DNA of 64,000 nt, taken from contig AP026172.1 of NCBI GenBank assembly GCA_030295235.1, positions 372,001 through 436,000 of the forward strand, written 5' to 3'. The DNA comes from Fistulifera solaris. Its lineage: Eukaryota. Positions 21,794 to 34,362 of this stretch are shown here, one piece after another. A model generated the notes under the pieces. The model saw only the letters and a program-made list of their open reading frames with translations, had not been told where the DNA came from and made no database searches. How positions within the stretch are numbered: position 1 is the first letter of the stretch; each line of letters begins with the position of its first letter. The translations under genes and the position numbers were made by a program.

Positions 21794-22597
21794 ATGCCAC
21801 AATTACGAGCCCTAGGATTTTGTGGAGCCGATGATTCCGTTCATCCGCATCATTTAGTTGTCTTGGCACAAGCGTATCCACGCGTCGAATTTGGTGTCTT
21901 GTTTCGACCCGATCTCGAAGGTCGACCCCGATATGCTACCACGGCGTGGGTCGAACGCTTGTCCCATGCCATGGCTTCTGTTTCGTGCAGTAATATGAAA
22001 TTAGCCGCCCATTTGTGTGGCAGTCGCGTCAATGATGTTTTGCGAGGTGATACTGCTTTCATAGAGCAATTGGAGAAGTGGGGCTTCAAACGTGTGCAAA
22101 TCAATGCCACTGCCGTCAATGGCGTTGATACGAGCCGGCTTGCGGAAGCAGTACCGGCATTATGTGACATAATAAGCAAATACTCTGCTCTGGAATTCAT
22201 TCTGCAAAAGAATGACGAAACCGAGCCCTTGTGCAATGGCTTATCATCGCATTATCTCAGTGGCGAAAGAAAACTTCCATCTAATCTTTCCTTCCTAGTA
22301 GACGAATCGAAAGGAACCGGTGTAGCACCTATAAAATCTTGGCCGTCTGCAACGGGTGCCTATCCGATTGGTTACGCCGGAGGCATTGGGCCGGCAAATA
22401 TACAACAAGTTTTAGAGGAGACGTCGGCTGCGGCAGGAGAACACCCATTCTGGATCGATATGGAAAGCAGTCTACGCAGTATCAAGAATGGTGTCGATGT
22501 ATTTGATCTGGATAAGTGCTTTCTGGTTATGGAAGCAGTGTGTGAGGCGGGTCTCATGGAACGTCCTCACTATCTTGTTATGTACAACAAGGAATGA
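21794..22597 (+). CDS. Phosphoribosylanthranilate-isomerase-like (TrpF-like) TIM-barrel protein of unknown function
   Basis: Intronless 267 aa with GADDSV, VEFGVL, AAHLCG, RVQIN, LVDESKGTG, GYAGGIGPAN and FWIDMESSLR motifs. Confidence 0.65.
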   Translation: MPQLRALGFCGADDSVHPHHLVVLAQAYPRVEFGVLFRPDLEGRPRYATTAWVERLSHAMASVSCSNMKLAAHLCGSRVNDVLRGDTAFIEQLEKWGFKRVQINATAVNGVDTSRLAEAVPALCDIISKYSALEFILQKNDETEPLCNGLSSHYLSGERKLPSNLSFLVDESKGTGVAPIKSWPSATGAYPIGYAGGIGPANIQQVLEETSAAAGEHPFWIDMESSLRSIKNGVDVFDLDKCFLVMEAVCEAGLMERPHYLVMYNKE

Positions 22598-22688
22598 TGA
22601 AACGCTAAGGATTAGCTGAATGAACGAACCGTAAATTAACTCCTTTGTCACAAAATGATGTTTTAGGGTGCCAGAGCTCAATTTAATG

Positions 22689-23352
22689 TCATCTACTGTC
22701 TTTTATGTCATTCTTTTCGAGTGTACCTTCAGCCTCTCCTTGGTTTAATGATTGCTGTTCTTGTAGATAAAAATTCCCCGCGTCGATTCCAGCTTGTATG
22801 GTTCCAAACAAGGCTCCCAACAAGGCTCCTACACCCAATCCCCATGCCACCATGATGGGAGGGGGGACGCACATTACCCACGACAAGCCGTCTACGATAT
22901 TGATTCATCCCAATGACGCCCGCCAATCCAGCGACGGTCCCTCCCACCATAGAATCACCAACTGCTGTCACTGCAATTTTTCCGTAATCGTTTTGTATCC
23001 ACGAATTTTGACCCGTCGCCGACAATAAATAAGTCATTGCGGAAGACGTCGGGGACACGAGGCGACTCGTTTCCATTACCCAAGCAAAAAACATACACGA
23101 AATTGCCCATGTCATCGGCAAATGCTTGTTCTTGTTCACTAATACCACAGGACGAGGTATGTTGGTCGATGCTAATTGTTGTTTTTGTAAAGCGAGACCG
23201 ACCAAGGAACCACCCGATCCGGCGAACGTAATTCGCACGAGACTTTCCATCAGACGTTCCCAGGAAACGCCCTTCGCGTTCGTTGTCGGCGAGGTAAAAT
23301 TTGCGACCCCTTCGCCTTCTTGTGGTCGTTCATCTGATGGGCTTTGCATCAT
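22689..23352 (-). CDS. Hypothetical multi-pass membrane protein
   Basis: Several Gly-rich hydrophobic segments. Frameshift at the G run 22861-22866 joins ORFs 22729..23352 and 22689..22886. Confidence 0.5.
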
Positions 23353-23999
23353 TTATTTCTAATATCAGTGCAACATGAGGCTTCATTTCTATTGCAGCGT
23401 TTTATTTTAGGCGGACGCGCTTTGATTATTATTGCGCGTGAGAAAAATCCGTGCCCATGACTGAAAATCCAGTCCAGTCGTGCAATAAAGTCGTTTACAC
23501 TTTGGATGATAGTCAAATTTCACCAGCACGATCTGCGAGAAAACTGAAGTGAAAAAATCAAGGGATGCGTCATAGACTTTAATCAACTGTAGGTGTCATG
23601 AATAAGTTAATGAAGTGTGTATTGTGAAGGATGTCACAGCTTGGGTTAAATCTCAAGGCTTCCTTTCTACAAATATGTTTTGTTGATGCGTGCATCAACA
23701 GCATAAAGACTCACAAAACAGTCATGACTGAAATCCGGTCTTGGCAAAAAACCATCAACACTTTGGGGCTATAGTACATTTCGGATGCCAACACGTTTGT
23801 TCTTTTCGGCGACCGAACATGACGACACCGAAGTGCGCCGCACTCAACGGTCACTCCTCGTCTTCTCTTTATTTCTCCTCTTTGATCATACTTCATAACA
23901 ATTAAAAACGAAAAAGCTATAAAACTACAAGAGATCGGACGCAAGACCTGTTTTGCATCGCATTCGCTTTACGCAGAAAAGTTTCTCACAAGAAAAATT

Positions 24000-25592
24000 A
24001 TGACTCTACGCTCTCCTCCGACCGAACAAGGCCATTTTGCCAATTCTTTCGATCCTGCCGTCAACCTTAAAGGGTCTTCTTTAATCGGCACAATATTCAA
24101 CTTTACAAATTGTATCGTTGGCGCTGGAATGATTGGATTGGGTGGCGCAGTCGCCGTGTCGGGAGGATTGATTTCGGTCGTCACAATTGCCTTTTTTGCC
24201 GTTTTGACCAAAATTTCCCTGGATTTGGTCATTGAGCTTTCGGTTCAAACGGGTCATTCCTCCTACGAAGAACTTGGCAAGGCGGCATTCGGACGGATGG
24301 GTCGCTTCATGGTCGTGTCGGCCAAATTTTGCTATTCCGCCGGCTGTCTGATTGCTTATATTGTGGTTATTAAAGACAATATGGGATCTGCCATTCGTGC
24401 CTTGATCAAACACCACTCTTCAGTGGGGGTGTTCCCATCTACCGATGCTTTGCTGAGCTTAGGGTCGCTCTCTGGATTTTTTCATTGGTTGGTGCACAGT
24501 GACTTTTGGTTGACATGGACGGTCAGTACGTTGGTGATACTTCCTCTCTGTCTCTTGCGAGACATGACGCCGTTATCCAATCTGAGTATGTTAAGTGTCA
24601 TCTGTTCCATTACAATAGTGGGCATCGTCATGTCCCTCTATGTTACCAATCCCAACCACGAAATTCGTCACCCGGGAGGTTCTCTCTATGACAACTGGCT
24701 CGAGGTACGATGGGGGTATCTGGAAAGTTTAGGAACGTTTGTCTTCACCTTTGTTTCACAACACACGGTACATTTGACGTTCGGATCGTTAAAGCCGGAA
24801 CTACGAACTGTATCGAATTGGAAGAAAGTATCGTCAGTCGCTCTGTTTTTAGCGGCATCGGTTTCTTTGTTGGTGGCTGTCTTTGTCTATATATCCTTTT
24901 GGCAAGAAGCTGAAAGTGATATATTTTCAATTTACCCCTCATTACACGTTACAAATATGGCGAGGCTATTGCTCTGTATAACGATGCTCCTGACCTTTCC
25001 GCTACCATTCTTTACATGCCGCGAGCTACTTATTTTAACCTTCTTCCCAGCAAATTTGTGCGCTCTTTCGGAGGTGATATCTGAACAGGATGATGATAGC
25101 GATGAACAAGGTACCAATGAATGTGGAATGTCGAGTTTGCAGGAGCCGCTTTTGGGAGAAAACCGGGACGTCGAAAACAATACTTCTGTTGTTTCTCTTT
25201 CTTCGGCTAGCGACCAGGCCGTGGGTATGTCCGAGAGTTTGGTGGACATCAGCAGCGTTCTTTCTGCACATGCTGCTTACGTGATCAATGAGTGCTTACT
25301 TCCCGACAATGATCGGCAGTTGAAGTTGCCTTATCACGTCGCGTTGACCTGCAAATTGTGGTTTGTGATAACCGGTTTTGCTGTCGCTGCTCCGAATCTA
25401 GGCGATGTATTGAATCTGGTGGGTTGTGCATCGGGCACGATCATTGCCTTCATCCTTCCAGCTTGTCTCAGTTTCCGATTGAAGGGCTTTTCTTTGACGG
25501 CTTTGTTAATACTACTGGTAGGAGGTATCGTCGGTGTATTTGGCACCTTCTTCAGCGTGAAGCGATTGTACATAGACATCTCGAAATTATGA
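24000..25592 (+). CDS. Amino acid transporter (Aa_trans / SLC38-like)
   Basis: FNFTNCIVGAGMIGL, SYEELGKAAFG, LPLCLLRDM, FTFVSQH, TFPLPFFTCRE, LVGCASGT..AFILP; about 11 hydrophobic segments. Confidence 0.92.
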   Translation: MTLRSPPTEQGHFANSFDPAVNLKGSSLIGTIFNFTNCIVGAGMIGLGGAVAVSGGLISVVTIAFFAVLTKISLDLVIELSVQTGHSSYEELGKAAFGRMGRFMVVSAKFCYSAGCLIAYIVVIKDNMGSAIRALIKHHSSVGVFPSTDALLSLGSLSGFFHWLVHSDFWLTWTVSTLVILPLCLLRDMTPLSNLSMLSVICSITIVGIVMSLYVTNPNHEIRHPGGSLYDNWLEVRWGYLESLGTFVFTFVSQHTVHLTFGSLKPELRTVSNWKKVSSVALFLAASVSLLVAVFVYISFWQEAESDIFSIYPSLHVTNMARLLLCITMLLTFPLPFFTCRELLILTFFPANLCALSEVISEQDDDSDEQGTNECGMSSLQEPLLGENRDVENNTSVVSLSSASDQAVGMSESLVDISSVLSAHAAYVINECLLPDNDRQLKLPYHVALTCKLWFVITGFAVAAPNLGDVLNLVGCASGTIIAFILPACLSFRLKGFSLTALLILLVGGIVGVFGTFFSVKRLYIDISKL

Positions 25593-25888
25593 GCTAGGAA
25601 ACTTTTTCTGATGAAGAAGGACCTCGGCACACGCGCTTTTGTTGTCCGGTTTGGAGGATTAAAATTGGAAACAACATCATAATAATACCGTCCTAGTTTC
25701 AACCGGCACCCAGAACAGCCTCCTATTACCGGTGCGATGCGGAACTTGATGGTTGACTCTTTTTATTTTTTTGTGACCGTTTTGGATCGGTTCCCTTCGT
25801 TTCTCAAAACGGCAAATGCCGATGATCACGATTCGGCTTCAGACGTGTTATTCTAAGAATCAACATAACTCATAAAGAAAGAAAAAGC

Positions 25889-26560
25889 ATGTTTCAGCAA
25901 CCTGCCCCAATCCCGACGGTACAAGACTACATTTACGTTCACCATGTGGCTGGGACGTTGTTATCGGATCAAATAATTCCCTTTTCTCAGCCGGGACAAG
26001 TCCATCATCTCAGAATGAAAGCACATTTGTGGACGGGCTGGAGCAACGATAAGTACGGCATTCGCTTTGCAAATGGAAATGTTTTTGGAGCAGACATAAA
26101 AGGGCAAACATTCACATTTCGTGACCGTATGGTCCTGCGCGATTCAACAGGAGCTGTGATTGGAGTTATGGTAAAACTGATGCCTCGAACCCAACAAACA
26201 TTCAAAATCTACGGTCTACGGCCCTTCACAGAAAGTCAAGTTTCCAGCGAACAAAGGTACAAAAGTAGTACTCTCTACCTATGGGCGGAAGTTTCGGAAC
26301 AATTGATGTCCGACCGATGCGTCATGACCATGGCGGATGGCACGGAATATTTGGCTGATCAGGTGGGTGGACATGTAGGTTCACAGAACATGCGCCTAAC
26401 GCGCAACGGGAAGGTGTGCGCCGCTTTGAAACACATCAATTGGGCTGCGGACTTTGAAGGCAGGACATGGGACATTACTGTTGGTCCTGGAGTGGATCCT
26501 TGTTTAATATGCTGCTTCATTGCTGTGATTGACGAAATGAACGAGAACCGCAGAAAGTAA
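25889..26560 (+). CDS. LURP-one-related (Tubby C-terminal / scramblase-like) protein, copy A
   Basis: W..D.YGI, FRDRMVLRDS.G and the C-terminal WDITVGPGVDPCLICCFIAVIDE typical of the LOR family. Confidence 0.75.
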   Translation: MFQQPAPIPTVQDYIYVHHVAGTLLSDQIIPFSQPGQVHHLRMKAHLWTGWSNDKYGIRFANGNVFGADIKGQTFTFRDRMVLRDSTGAVIGVMVKLMPRTQQTFKIYGLRPFTESQVSSEQRYKSSTLYLWAEVSEQLMSDRCVMTMADGTEYLADQVGGHVGSQNMRLTRNGKVCAALKHINWAADFEGRTWDITVGPGVDPCLICCFIAVIDEMNENRRK

Positions 26561-26982
26561 TTGAACGTGGCGGGCTCATACGAACTACACAACACACTTT
26601 TTCCACAGATCATAGTCGAACAATTTCGTCATTCGTCCATTAAGTAAAATGTAAAAGTCATTTTACGAAATCACATGATAGGTACCAGGAAACGGCGTTA
26701 AAATTCTGTCTCTTCGTAGAGGCTACGTAGAATCTTGTACTGGCGGCAGAATTTTAACGTCCTTTTCTGGTACTGGTACTGCTAAGACAAACGTGTGATA
26801 TTCGTGCTTGACGCACGTTTCAACTTAACATCCGAGTTTTCCGCGAAACAGAAAGGATCGCCATCGCATGTTGTCGAATCAAAATCTTACTGGTACCAGG
26901 TACCAGGTATTATTTTCGTTACCAAAGATGACATTCGTTACCAACGAGGACATATCTCTTACCCGGTACGAAACGAAAACAA

Positions 26983-27222
26983 ATGTTCCACCATTTCACC
27001 CCAATTCCTAAAGTTCAGGATTTTGATCATGTACACCAGGTGACTGGGCCGATTTTCACGGAAGAAGTAATGCCTTCGTCTCAGCCACGAGTTTATCGTC
27101 TTCGAATGAAAGAAAAAATGTGGACGAGCTGGAGTCGCGATTCTTATAACATTAGGTACAAAGATGGCACTCCTTTTGTGGTCGACATTAAAGGACAGGT
27201 ACTCACACTGCGCGATCGCATG
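26983..27222 (+). pseudogene. 3'-truncated LURP-one-related paralog, copy B
   Basis: Closely matches the 5' part of copy C up to cgcgatcgcatg (27222), then switches abruptly to unrelated sequence with a stop at 27234. Confidence 0.75.
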
Positions 27223-29070
27223 TACAATTATTAATTTTTGGGTGCGGCTCCGGTTAGCCGATCTTTTCGAAAGTGCACCAAGGACATTCTGCAAGTAAAA
27301 AGTGCAGTATTGCTTAGGCATTTTCACTTTGCACTTTGTCGCACGGTTAGCATTGACCTTAGTAGGTCTTCTATCCAAGAGTCGGGACGCGCCCACGCAA
27401 ACACGGAACATAGTACGTAGTAATTGAAAACGTGTACCGGTACCAGGTACGGTACCGTACAGCCTCCCGTACATTTATACCACTTCTACGTCTTTTCTAC
27501 GTCTCGCTATACCAATTTGGTATGTTTTTCCAAAAATACTCGAAGTAGTTTCTGCGCTTAATATACTACTTTTGGCATAGTACGTTGAGTATTTTTGGAA
27601 AAATATACCGTCGGGGTATAGCGGGTGAAGAAATACCGGTGCCGTTTCGAAAAGTACCACCATGACGTGAACTGTGAAAAAATCGTGGGAGTCCTTCAAT
27701 CACTAGTAATACGTCTGCCGCATTTTTCTCGAAAAGCCAGTAAAAAAATGAGCCATTAAAAGGAAAGAAACCATGAGAAAGCCGACAAGTCGTTGCTACG
27801 CGAAAAACTATGTTAATGTAAAGTCGTCCTTCGTCACAAAGAGCCCGCTGCTTCGCACTATCGTGCCGTGATGCATCAATTCGATCTGCAATGAAGTGGT
27901 GTTCATAGTTCGTCATAAAATTCCGATCTCCGAACCTTTCGCTGAACACGATAGTGAATGACTTCACAGAGAAACTCTTACTCTGGAGCTACCATTGCAC
28001 ATAAAGTACACAGCAAAGGCAAAAACGTCGTTAGCACAACGCGTTTGAGCAGTGTTCAACAGTTTAAACGTGACAGGAGGCGTTCTTTAATAAATCATCA
28101 GAACGACCTAAAGCAATTGAAACAAATCTACGCTGGTTCATGAAACTTCAGAACCACAATTTTGTGTGTCTGCAAGTATTCAAAGTATTTTCAAGATTCA
28201 TACAAAAATGGCAGTCGGGCAACGGAAGTTTTTTGATGCGAAATTTTTCTTTTCTCCAGATAGAGCTGAAGGGTATTTTCGACAAGATCTTATTTAAGAT
28301 TGAGGTGGTAAAGTGTTTAATATTTATCAATAGCTCTCTAGATGATCTTTTTTAAAAAATTATTTTTATCTTAGCTTAAGTCTTAGCTTAAGGCGCCTGA
28401 CGACGCCTGGTTTCTGTAGTAATTTGGTTAGCATCGACTCTCCTTGTTGCTTACTTGTTCAACAGCATTCTATCTCTTTGTAGATAGACCCTTTGTATCG
28501 TAACTTCTGTTGTTGCCGAGTTTGCTGAGCTATCCGTGCGCAGTAAACTTTTGTCATCGACTTTGGTCATCACGTAAGCTTTTGTATGATGGCGGTATAA
28601 TTGATGCGCAGAAAGGTGAATCGGAGGAACAGTGACCTTTATATATCGACTTAGACCTTTGCCTAATCTAACTGCGAGTTACTATGCGGTCGGCTACTAG
28701 AATACAACCTACAACTAAATTCATCCTTGTTAATTGCAAAAGGATAAGAATCGTTAGGGTTTAGGTTAAAATTCCTCTCCGTTGCTGTACAAAAAAGTGC
28801 GTAGAAAATACGTAGGGAAATCCTATACCAACCGGCACTGCTTCTGGTATATTTTTCCTGCTCATTATACAGTGCCAGCTAGTATTTTTTGTTCTGAGTA
28901 CGATTTTATTACCGCGACGACGAATACGAAACTGATTCGTGTTTTGATGATTTCAACTTCCGAGAAACGAAAAGTGCCACCACGCCACGGGGTGCGAATC
29001 TTTATCTTCGTCATAAATTAGATCAAGCTGTCATCGGTCACCAGTCCTTCAGCAAACGAAAAAATAACTC

Positions 29071-29799
29071 ATGGTCCACCATTCCACCCCTTTTCCTACA
29101 CTCCGGGACTACGAATACGTACACAATGTGACGGGGCCAATTTTTACGGATCGAGTTATGCCTTCGTCGGAGCCACAACATATCTATCGTCTCCGAATGA
29201 GAGAAAAGATGTGGACGAGCTGGAGTGGCGATTCCTATGGCATTCAATACAGAGATGGCACTCCTTTTGAGGTCGACATTAAAGGACAGGTACTCACGCT
29301 GCGCGATCGCATGATTCTGCGCGATTCGAAAGGAAACGTAGTTGGAGTCATGCTGAGAATGTTCTTACGTTTGCAGCAAACGTTCAAAATCTACGGTTTA
29401 CGGCCGTTCAAGGACAGTCAAGCTCCAAGTGATCAAATGTTCGAAGGTAAAGCACTATATACATGGGCCGAAGTAGTGGAAAAGTTCATGTCGGTTCAGC
29501 GCATCATGACCATGGCCGATGGTACAAGATATGTGGCCGATCAAGTGGGTAGCTTTTTAGGTCCACAACATCTGCGACTCACGTACAATGGCAGGGTATG
29601 CGCTAGTGCGAGACAATTGAATTGGGCCGCAGACTTTGGAGGCACGTCGTGGGACCTTACGATCGGTCCTGGAGTGGATCCCTGTTTGATCTGCTGCTTC
29701 ATTGCTGTCATTGACGAAATGAAAGAAAATCGCAAAAACGAAACCAACTTAGGATGTGCCCTATCCTTGTTACTTGCGGGAGCGGCCTTGGAGATGTGA
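29071..29799 (+). CDS. LURP-one-related protein, copy C
   Basis: Paralog of 25889..26560; WSGDSYGI and WDLTIGPGVDPCLICCFIAVIDE. Confidence 0.8.
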   Translation: MVHHSTPFPTLRDYEYVHNVTGPIFTDRVMPSSEPQHIYRLRMREKMWTSWSGDSYGIQYRDGTPFEVDIKGQVLTLRDRMILRDSKGNVVGVMLRMFLRLQQTFKIYGLRPFKDSQAPSDQMFEGKALYTWAEVVEKFMSVQRIMTMADGTRYVADQVGSFLGPQHLRLTYNGRVCASARQLNWAADFGGTSWDLTIGPGVDPCLICCFIAVIDEMKENRKNETNLGCALSLLLAGAALEM

Positions 29800-30100
29800 A
29801 ATGTATAACCTTAACGATATTTTGTATTTTGTGCTATGCGTTCTAGAGATTCCGTCCTAGCACAGACTCCACTCTAGAGACTAAAAAAATACTAGTACCG
29901 GTAGTTGAAAACTCCGAAAAATTTGTCACTCCGAGAAAAATAGGGGCGACGAAACCAACCGGGTATCATCACCCGAAAAATCAACAATACTACGTAACAA
30001 CCGCAATTTATAATAAATTCCAGAACTTTCTAATTGACTCACCTGCTCTCCCTTTTTCTTCATTGAGGATAAGCAATTTGAATCGTTCCCTCATCAATAA

Positions 30101-31305
30101 ATGAGTGTCGCACACCGCAGTATCGTCCGACTACCTCTGGAGATTTTTGAAGGCCTTTGTGATGATGGAAATGTTGCCGCAATCGATCTGCGGACCGCCA
30201 TTTCCAAGCAACTGAAAAATGTCGCCAAGAAGAAATCCTTTCGAACCGTTTACGTCAAAGTACTCACCGTAGGACCCATGCTACAAATGTCGGTCACTTC
30301 TTTGATGCGAGCACTCGATCCCCTTTTGACATATCAGGAATGTATCGAATTTCGACGACGTGTGGCGGAAGCATGTTCGCCGCAACCGGTCACCGCACTT
30401 CATCTTTTGCAATATAACAGTCCCCACACGAGGGTGCTTTCGACGGGGCTTTTGCCACTCGATACGAGCTTGGTGGGCGGTATTCGCGTCGGAACTCTCA
30501 CGGAATTGGTCGGGTCGGCGGGTTCGGGAAAGACACAACTGGCGATGCAAATGATCGTTCAAGCGGCGGCGAAACTACAAGGGGCTATCTTCATTGATAC
30601 GGAACGAAAATTAAGTTTGCCGCGATTGCAAGAGATCGCACTAGAAAAGTACACTGCTGGGGCGGCACTTTTGTTGCATGACGACAGCACAACGCAAACA
30701 GCGGAACAACAATTCACAACGGACGACTATGTCGATCCAAAGTTAGTTTTACAGAATCTCTCGGTGTATTCTCCAGCCAGTATGGATGAACTCACAAACA
30801 TTTTATCCTCCATGGAAGAAGAAATTCTTTTACGCAACGAAGACGCGGAAAAGACCCCCATCAAACGTTCCCGGTACGGTTAGTTGTGCTGGATAGCATT
30901 GCCGCTCCAGCTCGTCGTGACTTCGCTCCGGGATCCGGTCCGCAACGAGCCGCGGCCGTCATGTATTGCTCACAGAAACTGAAGCAAATAGCCGATCATT
31001 TGCATCTGGCAGTCCTGATTATTAACCAAGTAGGAGGTAGTTGGAATTCGGATGACAAGCAATCCGATGTCGCCACTCGGGCCGCATTGGGAACCACTTG
31101 GCATCATTGTGTCACAACTAGAATTCAACTAGAAACCGTATCGAACGTGTCTTCGACAGAGATGACGAATGGTTGTTCAGCAAGTAACCCACTTCGGTGG
31201 GCCTCCGTTGTGAAGAGTAACATTGTGGGACATGGTTCGAAAATTCCATTCACTATTGACAAGGCAGGCCTTGCAGACAATCACCTTGTGAGTAGCACAA
31301 ACTAG
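30101..31305 (+). CDS. RAD51B: RAD51 paralog, most like RAD51B
   Basis: LSTG..PLD..L.GGI, Walker A GSAGSGKTQ, FIDTE, Walker B LVVLDSIAA, INQV and ALGTTWHHCVTTR. Frameshift near 30850-30859. Confidence 0.8.
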
Positions 31306-31717
31306 TTCTTGAGATTTTTGTTTTCGCTCTCTGCTCGATATCATAAGTCTGTAATACTATCATCGTAACGAATAAGTTTTTCCCCGACAATAATTTTCTC
31401 CATGACTGGCTTTCAGTAACGAATCATCATCATCATCTCAATATTATTATTTTGAAACCACAACGGACAAATCTGCCGAGTACGGAAACGTGATATTCCC
31501 CCGTTGACGTTGAATGTACCTCGTTTTCCAATGATGACCGCGTCTTTTTGTCTTCCTTCTTTATTCTATTCATTCGTCTTCAAACATCCATCTCTCAAAC
31601 GTGCTAAACGTTTTTGTGTGTTGCCTTTCCGTGTTTCCTCTATCAAATAATCTTATCATTGCTGTCCACCAAAGCCTCATCCTTCCGATTTTCGCTTCTG
31701 CAATCCGCACAAACAGC

Positions 31718-32625
31718 ATGAGTTCTGCGACCTCCTTTGTGCTCGAAGACAGAAGTCAGCCACTAGTCAACAATAATCCGTCGGCACTCATAATAAATGA
31801 TCGTCTTTTAACGCAATATGTCGACGTTGCGGAAGATGACTACTCGTGTCATGCCCACATAGTACGGGCCATGGCTTACTTGGTGGGGTCGATTTTTGCC
31901 CCTCGACAAATACTCGCGATTCTTCGGGTTTTAAAAGCCGTCAGCTTGCTTTTCATTGTCCTGGTGATCCTGGCCAACACCATGTATATTCTTTTTGTTG
32001 AAGTGTTCAAGAGTCAGGAATTACAAGAAATGACAGGTGGGGTGCGTGACACGCTGCTGCGTCTATTTGCGTTACTGTTATCGCTTATTGCTCTAGCGAT
32101 TGAAGTCGATTACTCCAAAGTTGTGAAACTGTACATTGGCTTAAAGGCATTTATTCCTCGGGCGCTCTTATATCTTTTCATCGCGATTATCACTTCGTCG
32201 CATCCAGTCGCGCCCGATGCCATGAATCAGAAAAAGTATCACCATTCGAATGGTAACGACGGGAATCAAATGGATGATGCTTTTCAAGACGATTCCTACT
32301 ATGAGTCTTTCAGCTCTGAAATACCATCCAGTGCCGTGGTCTTTCAGATGGTGGCATCTTTTGTGCTGTAAGTTACTTGCACAATAACGCTAGTTTCTTG
32401 TGCCATGAACATGAACTCATCACGACTTCTCGTTGTCAAAGTGGTGGTTGTGGGCTTGGATATTTCGTTTGCGGAACACTATGTTTTGATCGTTTTACGG
32501 CACTGGCTTTTATCTCCACCAAAGACCCACGCGTGACGACAGCTATTCCGCCGACAATGATGGAGAGCGGAAGTTCTCTGGATCAAGAGCATCTGAGCGA
32601 TCTGTCGGAGGGTGTATATTCCTAG
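31718..32625 (+). CDS. Membrane protein, COPI-associated / TVP15-like
   Basis: Several TM segments, PRALLYLFIA, and GCGLGYFVCGTLC after a GT-AG intron at 32368-32441. Confidence 0.5.
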
Positions 32626-33105
32626 CCCCTGTCGTGAAATGCACGAAACTGAGGCTTGTTTCTGACTGTATAAAGATATTATGAGCGCTCAGGTCGCTTT
32701 ATTCTCACGGATAAACGTTTCTCTTTGGATACTTCGCTTCTTAAATGAAGCGCTCTCCTTCTTATATCGTGGTGATTGATGTAGAACGCTGACCAACCCG
32801 GTTCCATTTAGCTTAGGTGCTCCATTTCGATTGTTCGAATAGTCAATGAAGGGGAGTGACGATCTTAGACCAGCATCATCTAGCAAGGCGTCCGAAGTTC
32901 GAAGTGTTTATAAACCAGTAACTCTAAACGGGACTCCATATGCCACGCGACCCCCAAAAAAAGATGACGCGATTGCAGTAGCCCTTTACCTTGACAAAAA
33001 TCATCCTACTTCTTATACTTTCGCAATGAACAGCAAGCACCATTCATCTCATCGTGTATTTTTATCATACCGTGGAGAGTGGTTTAGGGATCACCGGCAG
33101 AACCT

Positions 33106-34305
33106 ATGATGCGCCGAAAACTGGCAGGTAGATGTCTCCTCTGTAGCGTCCGGATATTCGCGAACGGGTTTCAGCGCCCACCGGTGGGGTTTCTTTCGCG
33201 AAGTTTAAACCACGTACGCTTACGCTTCCAGTTGCAGAGTCGGCCTTTCATTACTTCTGCAGCCGAGAGGACGACGTATCTAGTAGTCGGCGATGGGGAC
33301 TTGTCTTACAGCGCTCAGCTGTCAACTGAACTCCACAAGGAAAAGATACATTTGATTTAGAAGATCAAGAGACGCACCATTCCGTTTATCGATGCTCGCA
33401 ATTCAACTCTGAGATCATCTCGGTGGCGCAACAATCGATACGGTTTGGGGTGGATGCTACACGTCTTTCTACACATTTTCCCGAACAACGTTTTGATCGA
33501 ATTATATTTAATTTTCCGCACTGGAGGGAAATCCAACAATCGTTACAACCGTCAATTACTTAATGATTTCCTGGCGTCTGCAGTGACGAAACTAAAACCT
33601 TATGGGCAAATACATGTCGCTCTTTGTAAAGGACAGGGTGGGACCGAGTCCAAGAGCTCGACGGAATGGAACGCCAGTTGGTATGCGGCAGCCTTTGCCG
33701 CGGAACACGGTCTACTTTTACGCCACGTTCAACCATTCCAAAGCCACTACAATCGGAGCTCTCATCGAGGAGTCGATAGACCCTTCAGTATAAGTGATAA
33801 GCCGCTGCTCTATGTGTTTCGGTTGCCGAATGGAGAGACAGTGGATGACGGCTTGCAAATAGCTTTTCGACATGAATTGCGTATGGAATTACAAGGCGAC
33901 GACTTTTTTCGAAAGCTTTCATTTTCGAAAGAGGATCTAGAGATTGGAGACGTTATTCCGAAGCTAGTTCAGGAAGTTGTCAGCAAGTATCCTGGTATAG
34001 AAGCAAAAGTCCCGTTGAGAGAGACATATGTGACCAAAAAGCTAGCAAAAGACCAAATTGTGTTTCTTGTTGTATACAAGGGCGCTGCAAGCCCGTTGAC
34101 CCGTCGTGTGGCTGATGAAATTCGATGTCGCTTGGAGTCACTTGCAGTTGAAAGAATAGGACTCCGTTTAGCAAAGGCGGGGAGAATGGTTTCGAAACCC
34201 TTTCCTTATCCACTTCTAGATTGCTTAATTGACGAATTCTTCAGTCGAAGGAATCTACATGACGTTGATGCAAACGAGTTGGAAACGCGCACCATGGGCT
34301 CTTGA
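33106..34305 (+). CDS. BMT5/DUF2431 rRNA uridine-N3 methyltransferase-domain protein (FDXACB1-like)
   Basis: LVVGDGDLSYS, then FGVDATRL and FDRIIFNFPH in another frame, then GQIHVALCKGQGGT. At least two frame breaks, near 33358 and 33505. Confidence 0.75.
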
Positions 34306-34362
34306 TCGTGCCTAATGTTTAGAGGAGCACACGGGTCAAGTAAAATCCCAATAGCTATAGTG

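Noticed and set aside
28750..28770. Telomere-like TTAGGGTTTAGG
   Set aside because: Only about two imperfect units; not an array.
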